The notes under the pieces were generated by a model. It searched no databases and was not told where the DNA came from. It saw only the letters and a list, made by a program, of their open reading frames with translations. The position numbers and the translations under genes were made by a program. A DNA stretch of 40,352 nucleotides, taken from Acidimicrobiia bacterium. Its GTDB lineage: Bacteria > Actinomycetota > Acidimicrobiia > IMCC26256 > JAGPDB01. Shown in pieces: positions 9,399-18,329 of the stretch. The stretch's first letter is position 1, and every line of letters begins with the position of its first letter. The stretch is taken from assembly GCA_035329685.1 (NCBI GenBank), contig DAOLGI010000006.1:1570-41921 (forward strand). The letters are read 5' to 3'.

Positions 9399-9511
9399 AG
9401 CTACACAATTTAGCGTGAAATGTCCCGTCATCCTTGAGTCAGCCCCTGTTATGCAGAACTCAGAATGACTTGGGGCACTCATATTGACGTCGAGGAAAGT
9501 ACAATCTAAAG

Positions 9512-10147
9512 GTGATGTGGGCCTATCTCGTTGTGATACCTGCATACTTGGTGGGCAATCTGCCCTTCGCGGTTCTCGTTGCACGAATGGCTGGACACGA
9601 CGTGTATGCCAAAGGGTCAGGCAATCCAGGGGCGAGCAATATTGCGCGAATCGCAGGATGGCGTTGGGGCCTCTTAGCAATGGCTCTTGACATTCTCAAA
9701 GGCTTTGTGCCGACGCTTGCTGTCCTTGTCTTTATGGATGAGTATCTTTCAGACCAACAAACAAGAGTGCTTGCTTACCTCGTCGCATTTTTTTGTATGT
9801 TGGGCCATGTTGTTCCCATAGGCCGCAAAGGCGGCAAAGGAATTGCAACCGGTGGAGGTGCAGTCATCGCTTTATTCCCTCCCGCAGGCATCGCGGCAAT
9901 CCTGACCTGGGCAGTCGTGATGAAAATTACGAAACTTCCGGTAATTTCCTCCCTCGTAGCGGCGGCGGTTTTGCCAATATGGATCACGATCGACCATTAT
10001 TATTTATGGGAATGCGTTCTTGTGACATTGCTTTTTTGCTTTGTTGTCCTTAGACACATCCCCAATATTCGTCGATTCATACGTCGCGAAGAAAATACGG
10101 TGACCAAACATGGTCGGGACAAATATCGAGAAACAGAGAATTCATGA
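9512..10147 (+). CDS. plsY: Glycerol-3-phosphate acyltransferase PlsY
   Basis: GSGNPGASN motif and a polytopic ~200 aa protein. The start is either GTG 9512 or ATG 9515. Confidence 0.9.
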   Translation: MMWAYLVVIPAYLVGNLPFAVLVARMAGHDVYAKGSGNPGASNIARIAGWRWGLLAMALDILKGFVPTLAVLVFMDEYLSDQQTRVLAYLVAFFCMLGHVVPIGRKGGKGIATGGGAVIALFPPAGIAAILTWAVVMKITKLPVISSLVAAAVLPIWITIDHYYLWECVLVTLLFCFVVLRHIPNIRRFIRREENTVTKHGRDKYRETENS

Positions 10148-11031
10148 CACAGACTTCTTCCGTGAATACAGCTGTGATTCCTGCTGCTGGTTTGGGAACG
10201 CGCTTTTTGCCCCTCACAAAGAGTCAGCCCAAAGAAATGCTTCCGCTCGTGGACAAGCCTGCGATTCAATATGTTGTGGAAGAAGCAGTACTGGCAGGCA
10301 TTTCAGATATTTTGATTATTACGGGTCCGGGGAAACGCGCGATCGAAGATCACTTTTCTCACAATGCTGAACTCGATGACGCTCTAAGAGCTAAGGGGAA
10401 GTTTGCTGAACTCGAAATACTTGAAGAGATAGAGTCGCTCGCGAATATCCATTTCGTTCGTCAAGCACACGCCCATGGCCTCGGTCACGCAGTAGCAACT
10501 GCTCACGAACATGTGGGAGATCAACCATTTGCGGTGATGCTCGGTGACGACATCATGGTCGACGATTCTCGATTGCTCTCTGCGATGATAGACGATTTTG
10601 AATCTACGCATTCCAGCGTGATGGGCATCATGGAAGTGACACCCGAAGAGATTTCTTCCTACGGATGTGCTTCTTTCGAGCCTGATCCAGGCGATCCGTC
10701 ACGAATCAAAATTACGGGAGTCGTTGAAAAGCCTTCGCCTGAGCTTGCTCCCAGCAACTTTGCCATTATTGGGCGCTATATCTTTGATCCACATATTTTT
10801 GACTGTATTGACAGGATCACCACTGGCCTTGGTGGAGAAATTCAACTCACAGATGCCATTTCTCTTCTGCTTGAAGAGCAAGATGTATATGGACGAATTT
10901 TGTCTGGTGGACGTTACGATGTGGGGCAAAAGACAGACTGGCTGCTCGCAAATGTGGCGCTAGCCTTACAACGTGACGACCTCGAAACTGATGTCCGCAA
11001 AGGATTAGGGGACATTCTCGATGCACAATAA
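10144..11031 (+). CDS. galU: UTP--glucose-1-phosphate uridylyltransferase
   Basis: AVIPAAGLGTRFLPLTKSQPKEMLPLVDKPAIQYVVEEA and VEKP motifs. An ATGA overlap with the plsY stop suggests coupling. Confidence 0.9.
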   Translation: MTQTSSVNTAVIPAAGLGTRFLPLTKSQPKEMLPLVDKPAIQYVVEEAVLAGISDILIITGPGKRAIEDHFSHNAELDDALRAKGKFAELEILEEIESLANIHFVRQAHAHGLGHAVATAHEHVGDQPFAVMLGDDIMVDDSRLLSAMIDDFESTHSSVMGIMEVTPEEISSYGCASFEPDPGDPSRIKITGVVEKPSPELAPSNFAIIGRYIFDPHIFDCIDRITTGLGGEIQLTDAISLLLEEQDVYGRILSGGRYDVGQKTDWLLANVALALQRDDLETDVRKGLGDILDAQ

Positions 11032-11058
11032 CCTCTCGCGAGAGTAAGATTATCTTCT

Positions 11059-11562
11059 ATGCCATCGGAATACACTTTTCTTGATCCCCTCGGTCGTGCA
11101 CGCATGACGGAATCCTCCGCTAAAGAGCCGGTTCATCGTCGAGCCGTTGCACGTTGCAAAGTTCGAATGTTGCCCGACACAGCAGACAAAGTTGCAACTG
11201 GTTCTATTGCCAAGGGTGATGTGTTGGCAGTTGCTCGAGTTGCGGGTATCCAGGCTGCAAAACAAACGTCAAACTTGTTGCCTTTGTGTCATCCGCTGTT
11301 GGTGCAAAGTGTGTTCGTTAACTTTCGTTTGGAAGAAAACTTTGTGGAAGTCGAAAGCCAAGTTGATACGGTAGATCGAACGGGTGTGGAAATGGAAGCT
11401 CTCACTGCCTGTACCGTTGCAGCATTGACTGTATATGACATGTGTAAAAGCATTGACCGAACCATGGAAATTACCGATGTGGCGTTGTGGGAAAAAAGTG
11501 GTGGAAGCCAAGGCCCCTGGAGGCGTGCTGCGATTCTTGATGATGACGATCTTGGGTTCTAA
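11059..11562 (+). CDS. moaC: Cyclic pyranopterin monophosphate synthase MoaC
   Basis: Motifs KGDVLAVARVAGIQAAKQTSNLLPLCHPL and GVEMEALTA..VAALTVYDMCK. Confidence 0.9.
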   Translation: MPSEYTFLDPLGRARMTESSAKEPVHRRAVARCKVRMLPDTADKVATGSIAKGDVLAVARVAGIQAAKQTSNLLPLCHPLLVQSVFVNFRLEENFVEVESQVDTVDRTGVEMEALTACTVAALTVYDMCKSIDRTMEITDVALWEKSGGSQGPWRRAAILDDDDLGF

Positions 11563-11730
11563 CTCTGACGCTCTCTTACAAGCTATTATCGAAACATAAA
11601 CTCCATATGAGAGCCATGAAATTGCATTGAATGTCCATTTGCGAGTTGACTGATATGAATCAGTATGAAATGCACACCTTTCGCCTCAATCAGAGGTAGC
11701 GTATATAGTCACGACCTGGAGTTTTAAGGA

Positions 11731-12162
11731 GTGACTATTCCCGTTCTCATCATCCTCGGGGCCCTTTGGGCGGCGGTTCTTGTTCCGCCTCTCTTGCGTG
11801 CTCGTTCTGACCGTCACTCAGGCGCTGTCGGCGACTACACAAATACTTTGGGTGTGTTAAGAAATTCGAACCGAGCTGTTACTGCGCGAATGCGCCCTGC
11901 TGCTGGTTTGGTTGATGGTGCAATGCATTCACAAACAATGTCGCGTACCTCTGCAATCAAGAAACGTCGCCGGGATGTATTTACTGCGATGCTCGTCAGC
12001 GCAGGCATGACATTTCTTCTCGCTGCATTTTTAGGTAATACTGTTCTCTGGGTTATTCACATTATTTGTGATCTCGTTTTGGGTGCATATATTTATTTGT
12101 TGATCCAAATTAAAGAGCAACAAGAGATGCGTCGTAAGCAATCAATGCAAAACGATGACTGA
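11731..12162 (+). CDS. Small membrane protein (2 predicted TM), function unknown
   Basis: GTG start at 11731. Hydrophobic N-terminal segment (IPVLIILGALWAAVLVPPLL) and C-terminal TM. Its end overlaps the next gene's start by 8 nt. Confidence 0.55.
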   Translation: MTIPVLIILGALWAAVLVPPLLRARSDRHSGAVGDYTNTLGVLRNSNRAVTARMRPAAGLVDGAMHSQTMSRTSAIKKRRRDVFTAMLVSAGMTFLLAAFLGNTVLWVIHIICDLVLGAYIYLLIQIKEQQEMRRKQSMQNDD

Positions 12163-12754
12163 TTTTTCATTCGACATCACAGACGTAGTAGCGAGCCTCG
12201 AGTCGCAACACAGCGCACGCGAAGCCATGTTGGTGGCATCGCGCAAAGTCATTCAACTCTCTTCTTCCTCGATTCGTTCTACTCATCGGGGTGAATATGA
12301 AAAAGCAACGGAAATGAATGATCAAGCCCGTCAACTCTTGGAGCAATGCCAACCTCAGATGGATCAATTTCCGGGAATTGCAGCAAATTCAATGTTTTAT
12401 GATGCTCAAAAGGAATACACAGAAAGCTGTGTGACGGTAGCAATTATTACAGGGTCTTCCGTTCCTTCTCGAGCTTCATTACATGTTGAACCCGCTGCCT
12501 ATATCAACGGCATTGTGGAAGCCGCCAGTGAATTGCGTCGTTCCATTCTTGATTGCTTGCGCGCTAATGAGCTTGAAAGGGCCAGCCGTCTTCTCGATGT
12601 TATGGATGATGTTTACACAGTTGCTATTTCAATCGATTTTCCTGATGCTTTAACTCATGGGTTGCGTCGAACAACCGATGCATTTCGTGCTGTATTGGAA
12701 CGCACGCGTGGCGATGTAACGACTGCTGCCGTTTTTTTATCCGCTCGATCGTAA
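12155..12754 (+). CDS. Translin-like family protein
   Basis: All-helical ~200 aa protein. The central block YDAQKEYTES....PAAYINGIVEAASELRRSILDCL matches the translin/TRAX core pattern (Y..G..D..GEL.R). Confidence 0.55.
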   Translation: MTDFSFDITDVVASLESQHSAREAMLVASRKVIQLSSSSIRSTHRGEYEKATEMNDQARQLLEQCQPQMDQFPGIAANSMFYDAQKEYTESCVTVAIITGSSVPSRASLHVEPAAYINGIVEAASELRRSILDCLRANELERASRLLDVMDDVYTVAISIDFPDALTHGLRRTTDAFRAVLERTRGDVTTAAVFLSARS

Positions 12755-12800
12755 AATCACGCGTATGCTAAACCCCCTGCTTGGTACCATAGATATTCAT

Positions 12801-12874
12801 GGGGATGTAGCTCAGCCTGGTAGAGCACTACGTTCGCAACGTAGGGGCCGTGGGTTCAAATCCCATCATCTCCA
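12801..12874 (+). tRNA. tRNA-Ala (anticodon CGC)
   Basis: Folded by hand. Acceptor GGGGATG/CATCTCC carries the G3:U70 Ala identity pair. D arm GCTC/GAGC; anticodon stem CTACG/CGTAG with loop TTCGCAA; T arm GTGGG-TTCAAAT-CCCAT; discriminator A. No CCA is encoded. Confidence 0.93.
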
Positions 12875-12877
12875 CTT

Positions 12878-15148
12878 ATGAATAATTCGCACGACTTAAC
12901 TCAACAACTGATGTTCGCTGGCGCTCCCGTGCGCGTAACGTCGACAATATCTGAATGCACACCTGATGAAGTTGATGCGATCATTTCTCTGCTTGATACG
13001 CATCGCGGTGTGATATTGACATCGCGCTACGAATATCCGGGTCGGTATACGCGTTGGGATATTGGGTTAGTAGATCCACCTTTGGTTGTTGAAGCAGTGG
13101 GTGATACTGTGACTGTCAGCGCGCTCAATGATCGTGGCCAGGTTCTCTTGCCTATATTCCGAACTATTCTCGAGACTTGCTCCTTTTTAAGTTTTTCCTC
13201 ATCGAGTGATGTGTTCTTTTCTTGTGTCGTGCAACATGGGTCAGAGACATTCATGGAGGAAGACCGTTCTCGTTTGCCCCATGTGATGAATGTTGTGCGA
13301 GCTCTGCGCGATGCATGTGCCTTCGATGATTCACGCGCAGGTTTTTACGGAATTTTTGGTTATGACCTTGGTATAGATTTTATGGGAGTTACGCGTATTC
13401 ATGAACGCGCCGATGATCGCGATCTTGTTCTCTATTTCGCCGATGAACTATTCATTACTGACCATTCCAATAAATCTTCGTACCGTATTTCGTATGACTT
13501 TGATATTTTGGATGGTGAAAAAATTGTTGATTCAACCTCGGGGAAAGAACGCGGAGGTGCGGGAGGTATTTACGAGCCTGCTGATGTGCAAGCGACTCGT
13601 GATATGCAGCAGGGCGAATACGCCGAGATCGTAACGCAAGCGAAAGATTACTTTGCGCGTGGCGATCTTTTCGAAGTTGTCCCATCCCAAGTTTTTCGAG
13701 AACCTTGTGCAGCTACACCGTCGATTGTATTCCAACAACTTCTCGAACTTAACCCTGCCCCCTATGGAGCATTAATCAATTTAGGTAATAATGAATGGAC
13801 CGTTTCGGCATCTCCCGAGATGTATGTGCGGGTGGATGGTCGACGTGTCGAGAGCTGTCCGATTGCAGGAACAATTGCTCGAGGATCCGGACTCATTACA
13901 GATGCCCAACAGATCGAAGCTCTGTTGGGTTCTAAAAAAGAAGAGTCAGAGCTGACGATGTGCACCGACGTGGATCGAAATGATAAATCGCGCGTATGTG
14001 TTCCTGAAACAATCAATGTTATTGGCCGTCGTCAAATTGAAATGTACTCACGTTTAATTCACACCGTTGATCACGTAGAAGGATATTTAGAAGAAGGGTA
14101 TGATTCCATCGATGCATTTCTCACGCACATGTGGGCTGTGACTGTGACAGGGGCTCCCAAGATGTGGGCAATGAATTTCATTGAAGAGTTTGAGAAATCT
14201 CCGCGCCGTTTCTATGGTGGTTCCATGGGTCATGTTGGGGTCGATGGTTCAATGAACACAGGGCTTATGTTGCGCAGTATCCACTTTCATTCTGGAGCTG
14301 CACACATTCGCGTGGGGGCAACGTTACTCGCCGATTCTGACCCGCAAGCGGAAGAAGCAGAAACAGAGCTCAAAGCGAGTGCGATGCTTGATGTCATTCG
14401 TTACTGCCACGCTGTCGCTCTGGGGCAGAATCCATCGGATGAAAAAATGCATCCAGTTTCGAATGAAGTGGTGATCACCGACAAGAATGAGGACGTGACT
14501 GAAGTTTCTATTCCCCAAGTGCGCGATGAAAAGGGAAAGCAATCTCGTGTTTTATTAATAGATTGTGAAGATTCATTCGTTCATACGCTTGCGGGTTATT
14601 TTCGAATGTGTGGGGCAGCTGTTCATACGCGCCGGGTCGGGTTCACCCCGGAAGAATTTACTGCCGATATTGCAGAACTTCAGCCCCACCTTATCTGCTT
14701 ATCTCCTGGCCCTGGATCACCAACGGATTTCGGGTTGTCGTGGATTATTGATCAATCACGCAAAGCGGGTCTTCCGATTTTTGGAGTGTGCTTGGGTCTT
14801 CAAGCTCTCGTTGAGTATTTTGGCGGAAAGCTCGCGCAGTTAGATACGCCTATGCACGGCAAGGTTTCTCAAATAGATCTGGAAGCCAACCCTGGAAAGC
14901 TGTTTGTAGGTGTGACTTCGTCTTTTGAGGCTGGTCGTTATCATTCGCTTATTGCAGATGAATCAACTTTTCCGATCACTGAGCTTCGTGTCACAGCACG
15001 CACCCATGATGATGGCGTGATCATGGCCATTGAACATGTCAGCGAACCCATCGCAGCGGTACAATTCCACCCCGAATCGATCATGACTTTGGAAAATGGT
15101 ACAGGTCACGCTATAGTCCATAACGCGCTTGAACAGCTTGCGCTATAA
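12878..15148 (+). CDS. trpE: Anthranilate synthase, fused component I/II, TrpE(G) type
   Basis: 756 aa. The N-terminal SRYEYPGRYTRWD block is typical of fused TrpE(G). A chorismate-binding core is followed by a C-terminal class-I glutamine amidotransferase with GVCLGLQ (Cys) and VQFHPES (His) motifs. Confidence 0.9.
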   Translation: MNNSHDLTQQLMFAGAPVRVTSTISECTPDEVDAIISLLDTHRGVILTSRYEYPGRYTRWDIGLVDPPLVVEAVGDTVTVSALNDRGQVLLPIFRTILETCSFLSFSSSSDVFFSCVVQHGSETFMEEDRSRLPHVMNVVRALRDACAFDDSRAGFYGIFGYDLGIDFMGVTRIHERADDRDLVLYFADELFITDHSNKSSYRISYDFDILDGEKIVDSTSGKERGGAGGIYEPADVQATRDMQQGEYAEIVTQAKDYFARGDLFEVVPSQVFREPCAATPSIVFQQLLELNPAPYGALINLGNNEWTVSASPEMYVRVDGRRVESCPIAGTIARGSGLITDAQQIEALLGSKKEESELTMCTDVDRNDKSRVCVPETINVIGRRQIEMYSRLIHTVDHVEGYLEEGYDSIDAFLTHMWAVTVTGAPKMWAMNFIEEFEKSPRRFYGGSMGHVGVDGSMNTGLMLRSIHFHSGAAHIRVGATLLADSDPQAEEAETELKASAMLDVIRYCHAVALGQNPSDEKMHPVSNEVVITDKNEDVTEVSIPQVRDEKGKQSRVLLIDCEDSFVHTLAGYFRMCGAAVHTRRVGFTPEEFTADIAELQPHLICLSPGPGSPTDFGLSWIIDQSRKAGLPIFGVCLGLQALVEYFGGKLAQLDTPMHGKVSQIDLEANPGKLFVGVTSSFEAGRYHSLIADESTFPITELRVTARTHDDGVIMAIEHVSEPIAAVQFHPESIMTLENGTGHAIVHNALEQLAL

Positions 15149-15200
15149 ATAAACTGCGGGAACTTCAATTTTCGAATTCCCATTAATTAAAGGGGGAAAT

Positions 15201-15569
15201 ATGAAAAATACATTGAAGGAATTTAAAGATTTCATTGCCGGCGGGAATCTGATCGATATCGCCGTCGCATTTATCATGGCTCTTTACTTCAAAGACGTTG
15301 TTGATTCGTTTATAAATGGAATCGTATTGCGCTTTATTGCGGCCATTGTAGGTAAACCTAGTTTTAACGATATCGTTATCAATCTTTGGAGTGATAAAAC
15401 GCTTCTTGTCGGAAGTTTTATTACAACGATTGTGAATTTTGTCATCGTGGGAGCCGTAATGTTCATCATCGTGAAGGCATACAACAAGCTTAGTAAACCT
15501 GCAGACGGTGGCGACGCTGTGACCGAGATTGGCCTCCTCACAGAAATCCGAGATTCCCTCCAAAAGTAA
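15201..15569 (+). CDS. mscL: Large-conductance mechanosensitive channel
   Basis: LKEFKDFIAGGNLIDIAVAFIMA N-terminus, two TM segments, 122 aa. The SD GGGGGA lies upstream (aaagggggaaatATG). Confidence 0.92.
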   Translation: MKNTLKEFKDFIAGGNLIDIAVAFIMALYFKDVVDSFINGIVLRFIAAIVGKPSFNDIVINLWSDKTLLVGSFITTIVNFVIVGAVMFIIVKAYNKLSKPADGGDAVTEIGLLTEIRDSLQK

Positions 15570-15572
15570 TCT

Positions 15573-16333
15573 CTTTGCAGGGTCCAACCTTGCAACAGGG
15601 TCCAACCGCGCAACAAGGTTGGACCCTGTCTGTGGAAAAGTTTATGTCTCATAACAGAGAATGCGTCTTGCGTATTCTCTTGTCTTCATATCTTGAGACA
15701 GATCTTCAAGGTTCGACAAGTAACTAGCTGAATTACCGCAAGCTCCAAGAATGCATTCTGGTTTGATCCAATCTGCATTATGGGTTCCTAAATAATATGG
15801 AAGACTGGAATAACTCCATTCTTTATAATTGTTTGGATTGAGATGGATGTAACAGGAAATATACCGAAAATATTCGTCATTGTTAATTAATGATGCTCGA
15901 AAATTATCTTGAAATAGGTGACCTACTCGGCCGTGTTTTTTATTAAAATACAAGGAATAACTAGTTGATAATGACCGAAAGAGTCTGGTTATTCCTGTAG
16001 AAGTTTTTTGATGAAGAAGTAAATGAAAGTGATTCGGCATTAAACAATATGCATTGAGATTTATAATGTCATGATAATTAGATAAAACTCTGCCGTATAT
16101 ATCTTTTTCGGGTTCATGTGATAAAAGCCTTTTAAGAAGATTGAGAAAGACTCGGTAGTCTTCATCGTCTCTAAAAATGGGCTCTTTATTTACTCCACGG
16201 TTATATGCATGGTAGTAACTATCTTCTGCGTATATTTTTCGAACGTTTCTTCCTGGCATGGTTGGTAGATTACTTCGAGGGTACGACATTCTTTGCAGGG
16301 TCCAACCTCGCAACAAGGTTGGACCCTGCAAAG
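15573..16333 (-). mobile_element. RAYT-like unit: IS200-like HUH transposase gene bracketed by REP-like palindromes
   Basis: Left flank: ctttgcagggtccaacc half-site (15573-15589) plus a perfect 12-bp-stem hairpin, cagggtccaacc-gcgcaacaa-ggttggaccctg (15596-15628). Right flank: a perfect 17-bp-stem hairpin, ctttgcagggtccaacc-tcgcaacaa-ggttggaccctgcaaag (16291-16333). Confidence 0.8.
15642..16289 (-). CDS. REP-associated tyrosine transposase-like (IS200/IS605 Y1 HUH family, COG1943-like)
   Basis: HUH motif in CLMPNHFHLLL and the catalytic-Tyr region RYISCYIHLNP. The N-terminal Y.H...RG and the G.LFQ..F block are also present. The start was moved to ATG 16289, because the first 14 codons of the track ORF are simply the flanking palindrome. 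Confidence 0.85.
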   Translation of the reverse strand: MSYPRSNLPTMPGRNVRKIYAEDSYYHAYNRGVNKEPIFRDDEDYRVFLNLLKRLLSHEPEKDIYGRVLSNYHDIINLNAYCLMPNHFHLLLHQKTSTGITRLFRSLSTSYSLYFNKKHGRVGHLFQDNFRASLINNDEYFRYISCYIHLNPNNYKEWSYSSLPYYLGTHNADWIKPECILGACGNSASYLSNLEDLSQDMKTREYARRILCYET

Positions 16334-16375
16334 ACGCATTGGCGTAAAGAGGACGTTGCGTATTAACCTTAGGAA

Positions 16376-17260
16376 ATGGTTGCAGTAGCGATAGCGAATC
16401 AAAAAGGTGGGGTCGGTAAAACGACAGTCACGCTTGGACTTGCTGAAGTGGCGATGAGTCATGGGTTACGTGTTCTTGTCGTTGACTGTGATCCCCAGGC
16501 GAATGCGTCAGCTGGATTAGGCCTTTCCACTGATACGAAAAATACTCTCGCAGATGTTCTTGATCGAGAAATCGAGCTTTCATCGATAAATGCGGCTGAA
16601 TATATTACAAGAAGTTCCTGGAGTGTTTCTGCTCAACCAATGGCCAACAAACACGCAACTCCAGGTTCTATTGATGTCATCAGCGCTCATCCGCACCTTA
16701 CTAATGTTGAAACGCATTTAGCTTCTGACCCTATTGGTGCGTGCGATCGCCTCGATCGTTCTCTGGCTGGCATTGCAGATACCTATGACCTCATTCTTTT
16801 CGACTGCCCTCCCTCTGTTGGATTACTCACTATCAATGCTCTTTTTGCTGCTGATCGCGTGATTGTTGTTTCTGCTCCAAGTGCGTGGTCTTCTGACGGA
16901 GTGCAAGCCTTCATGCAGAATGTCGATCGGATTGCAGCACGTCGAAGTGGACAACCGCACGTTGCCGGAATCATTGTCAATAATGTGGGACGAACGCGTG
17001 ATGGTCGATTTTGGGAATCCGAAATTATCGAACGCTACAAAGACAATGTTGTAAGTATTGCCTCGCGAGCTGCAATTGCTGAAGCATCTGCGATGTCGAC
17101 ACCGTTGAGTGATTTGGGTGCCCGTCCAGGAGCTGCGGAAGCATTTCAAAATTTTGATGAAGTCTTTCTTCATCTCATTGGATTAGAAGTCGGCGAGTTA
17201 TCAAATTCTCGTGATCACTCACATAATATGACTGCACAATCCATTGCAGCTGCGGTGTAA
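16376..17260 (+). CDS. ParA/Soj-family P-loop ATPase (orphan; no ParB seen)
   Basis: Deviant Walker A in IANQKGGVGKTT, followed by VDCDPQANAS and DLILFDCPPS motifs. Confidence 0.88.
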   Translation: MVAVAIANQKGGVGKTTVTLGLAEVAMSHGLRVLVVDCDPQANASAGLGLSTDTKNTLADVLDREIELSSINAAEYITRSSWSVSAQPMANKHATPGSIDVISAHPHLTNVETHLASDPIGACDRLDRSLAGIADTYDLILFDCPPSVGLLTINALFAADRVIVVSAPSAWSSDGVQAFMQNVDRIAARRSGQPHVAGIIVNNVGRTRDGRFWESEIIERYKDNVVSIASRAAIAEASAMSTPLSDLGARPGAAEAFQNFDEVFLHLIGLEVGELSNSRDHSHNMTAQSIAAAV

Positions 17261-17272
17261 AGGGAGGGTGTC

Positions 17273-17548
17273 ATGACTTATGATCCTAAAAAGAAACGTC
17301 CCAGTCGAGACTCTGTGGATGCCATTGTCGATGAAATCCTCGATGAAGAGGCTTCCTCCGATTTGAGAGCTGAAAAAACCAAAATATCTTCGGCTCCCGA
17401 TCAAAAAGAATCGACTTTGGATAATGTTTTACCCCTTTACGCCGAAGAAAAAGACGCACCTCTGATTATGCAGCCTCAGGTCTGGGTTGCAACAGGAATT
17501 GCAGCGGTTCTTCTTCTGATGATTGCTCGCCGTCGAAAAAAACGCTAA
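17273..17548 (+). CDS. Tail-anchored acidic protein (C-terminal TM + RRRKKR)
   Basis: Starts 13 nt after the parA-like stop. Acidic N-terminal ~65 aa, one C-terminal TM (VWVATGIAAVLLLMIA), then a basic stop-transfer sequence. Confidence 0.55.
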   Translation: MTYDPKKKRPSRDSVDAIVDEILDEEASSDLRAEKTKISSAPDQKESTLDNVLPLYAEEKDAPLIMQPQVWVATGIAAVLLLMIARRRKKR

Positions 17549-17605
17549 CCATAGTTCGCGGTAATCTTCCAAAACTGAAATAATTAAGGCAGTATCCACC
17601 CGTTA

Positions 17606-17911
17606 ATGTCCATTTATTGGCACACTAGTAGGAAACCGGCAATACGGGGGTGGAATGTGACGGGCTTAGAGTGTGTGGCTGTGATCGATGTTGATGGCAT
17701 TGAAGCCCGTGTTGTAGGTCATTACAGCGACGATACGCCATCGGGCATGTTCGATTGTTTCGATATTTATGTGCGCAATGAAAGATCAAATATTTTTGAA
17801 TTAATTGACTTGGGTCAACCCTTTGAACAATGTCCTGTTGATGAGGAAGTCGGCACGATTATTCACGAGTTATTTAATCCGAATGCAGTGCGAATTGTCG
17901 CAAACGCCTAA
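17606..17911 (+). CDS. Hypothetical cytosolic protein
   Basis: ORF only; no recognised motif. An internal GTG (VTGLEC..) preceded by gggggtgg is an alternative start. Confidence 0.4.
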   Translation: MSIYWHTSRKPAIRGWNVTGLECVAVIDVDGIEARVVGHYSDDTPSGMFDCFDIYVRNERSNIFELIDLGQPFEQCPVDEEVGTIIHELFNPNAVRIVANA

Positions 17912-17968
17912 ATTATTTATGTACACCATTCATTCTCTCAATACTCATTTTCACTAAGGAGCCCAGTC

Positions 17969-18307
17969 ATGAAAAAAATTATTGCAAGTATCTGCATTGG
18001 CATGATTGTTTTTACTGGTTGTGGTTCATCGAAGCCTTCAAAATCGGAAGTGAAGAAGGCGTTTACAGATAGCTTTTCACAAGATGAAACAAAAAAGCTT
18101 TCTGCAAAAGAAACGAAACAATTAGAAGAGTATGTGAGTTGTTTTGTGGACGATATCTATGGAGAGCTTTCGACAAAGACATTGGAAGCAATTACGAGCG
18201 ATGATAAAAAAGTCCGAGACGAATATGAAGCAAGCGACAAAGAAAATAAGGCATTCGATAAGTCTTTGGAAAAATGTCAAAGCAAGTTGCCTGAAGGTGG
18301 CTTCTAA
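17969..18307 (+). CDS. Small lipoprotein, paralog 1
   Basis: Signal peptide with lipobox MIVFTGC. Shares EYVSCFVDDIYGELSTKTL and KCQSKL blocks with the next gene. Confidence 0.7.
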   Translation: MKKIIASICIGMIVFTGCGSSKPSKSEVKKAFTDSFSQDETKKLSAKETKQLEEYVSCFVDDIYGELSTKTLEAITSDDKKVRDEYEASDKENKAFDKSLEKCQSKLPEGGF

Positions 18308-18329
18308 AAGGTGATAAGGGGTTCCTAAA

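Noticed and set aside
9399-9680. N-terminal 94-codon extension of the FmdB-like ORF. Similar long extensions occur at 4471-4521, 5897-5995, 16290-16331 and 36516-36572.
   Set aside because: In each case an internal ATG coincides with the start of the conserved family sequence or signal peptide. Most of those ATGs have an SD (AAGGAG at 4470, GGAGGA at 36515) or an ATGA stop/start overlap (5996). The extensions are treated as non-coding.
11563-11730. Tiny ORFs (for example the 22 aa MSICELTDMNQYEMHTFRLNQR) in the moaC-downstream spacer as possible leader peptides
   Set aside because: No SD, no downstream attenuator structure, and no amino-acid run suggestive of attenuation.
15183-15652. Two minus-strand ORFs (140 and 122 aa) overlapping mscL
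   Set aside because: They are antisense to a textbook MscL sequence, and their 5' parts translate the REP-like palindromes (GWTLLQGWTLQ).
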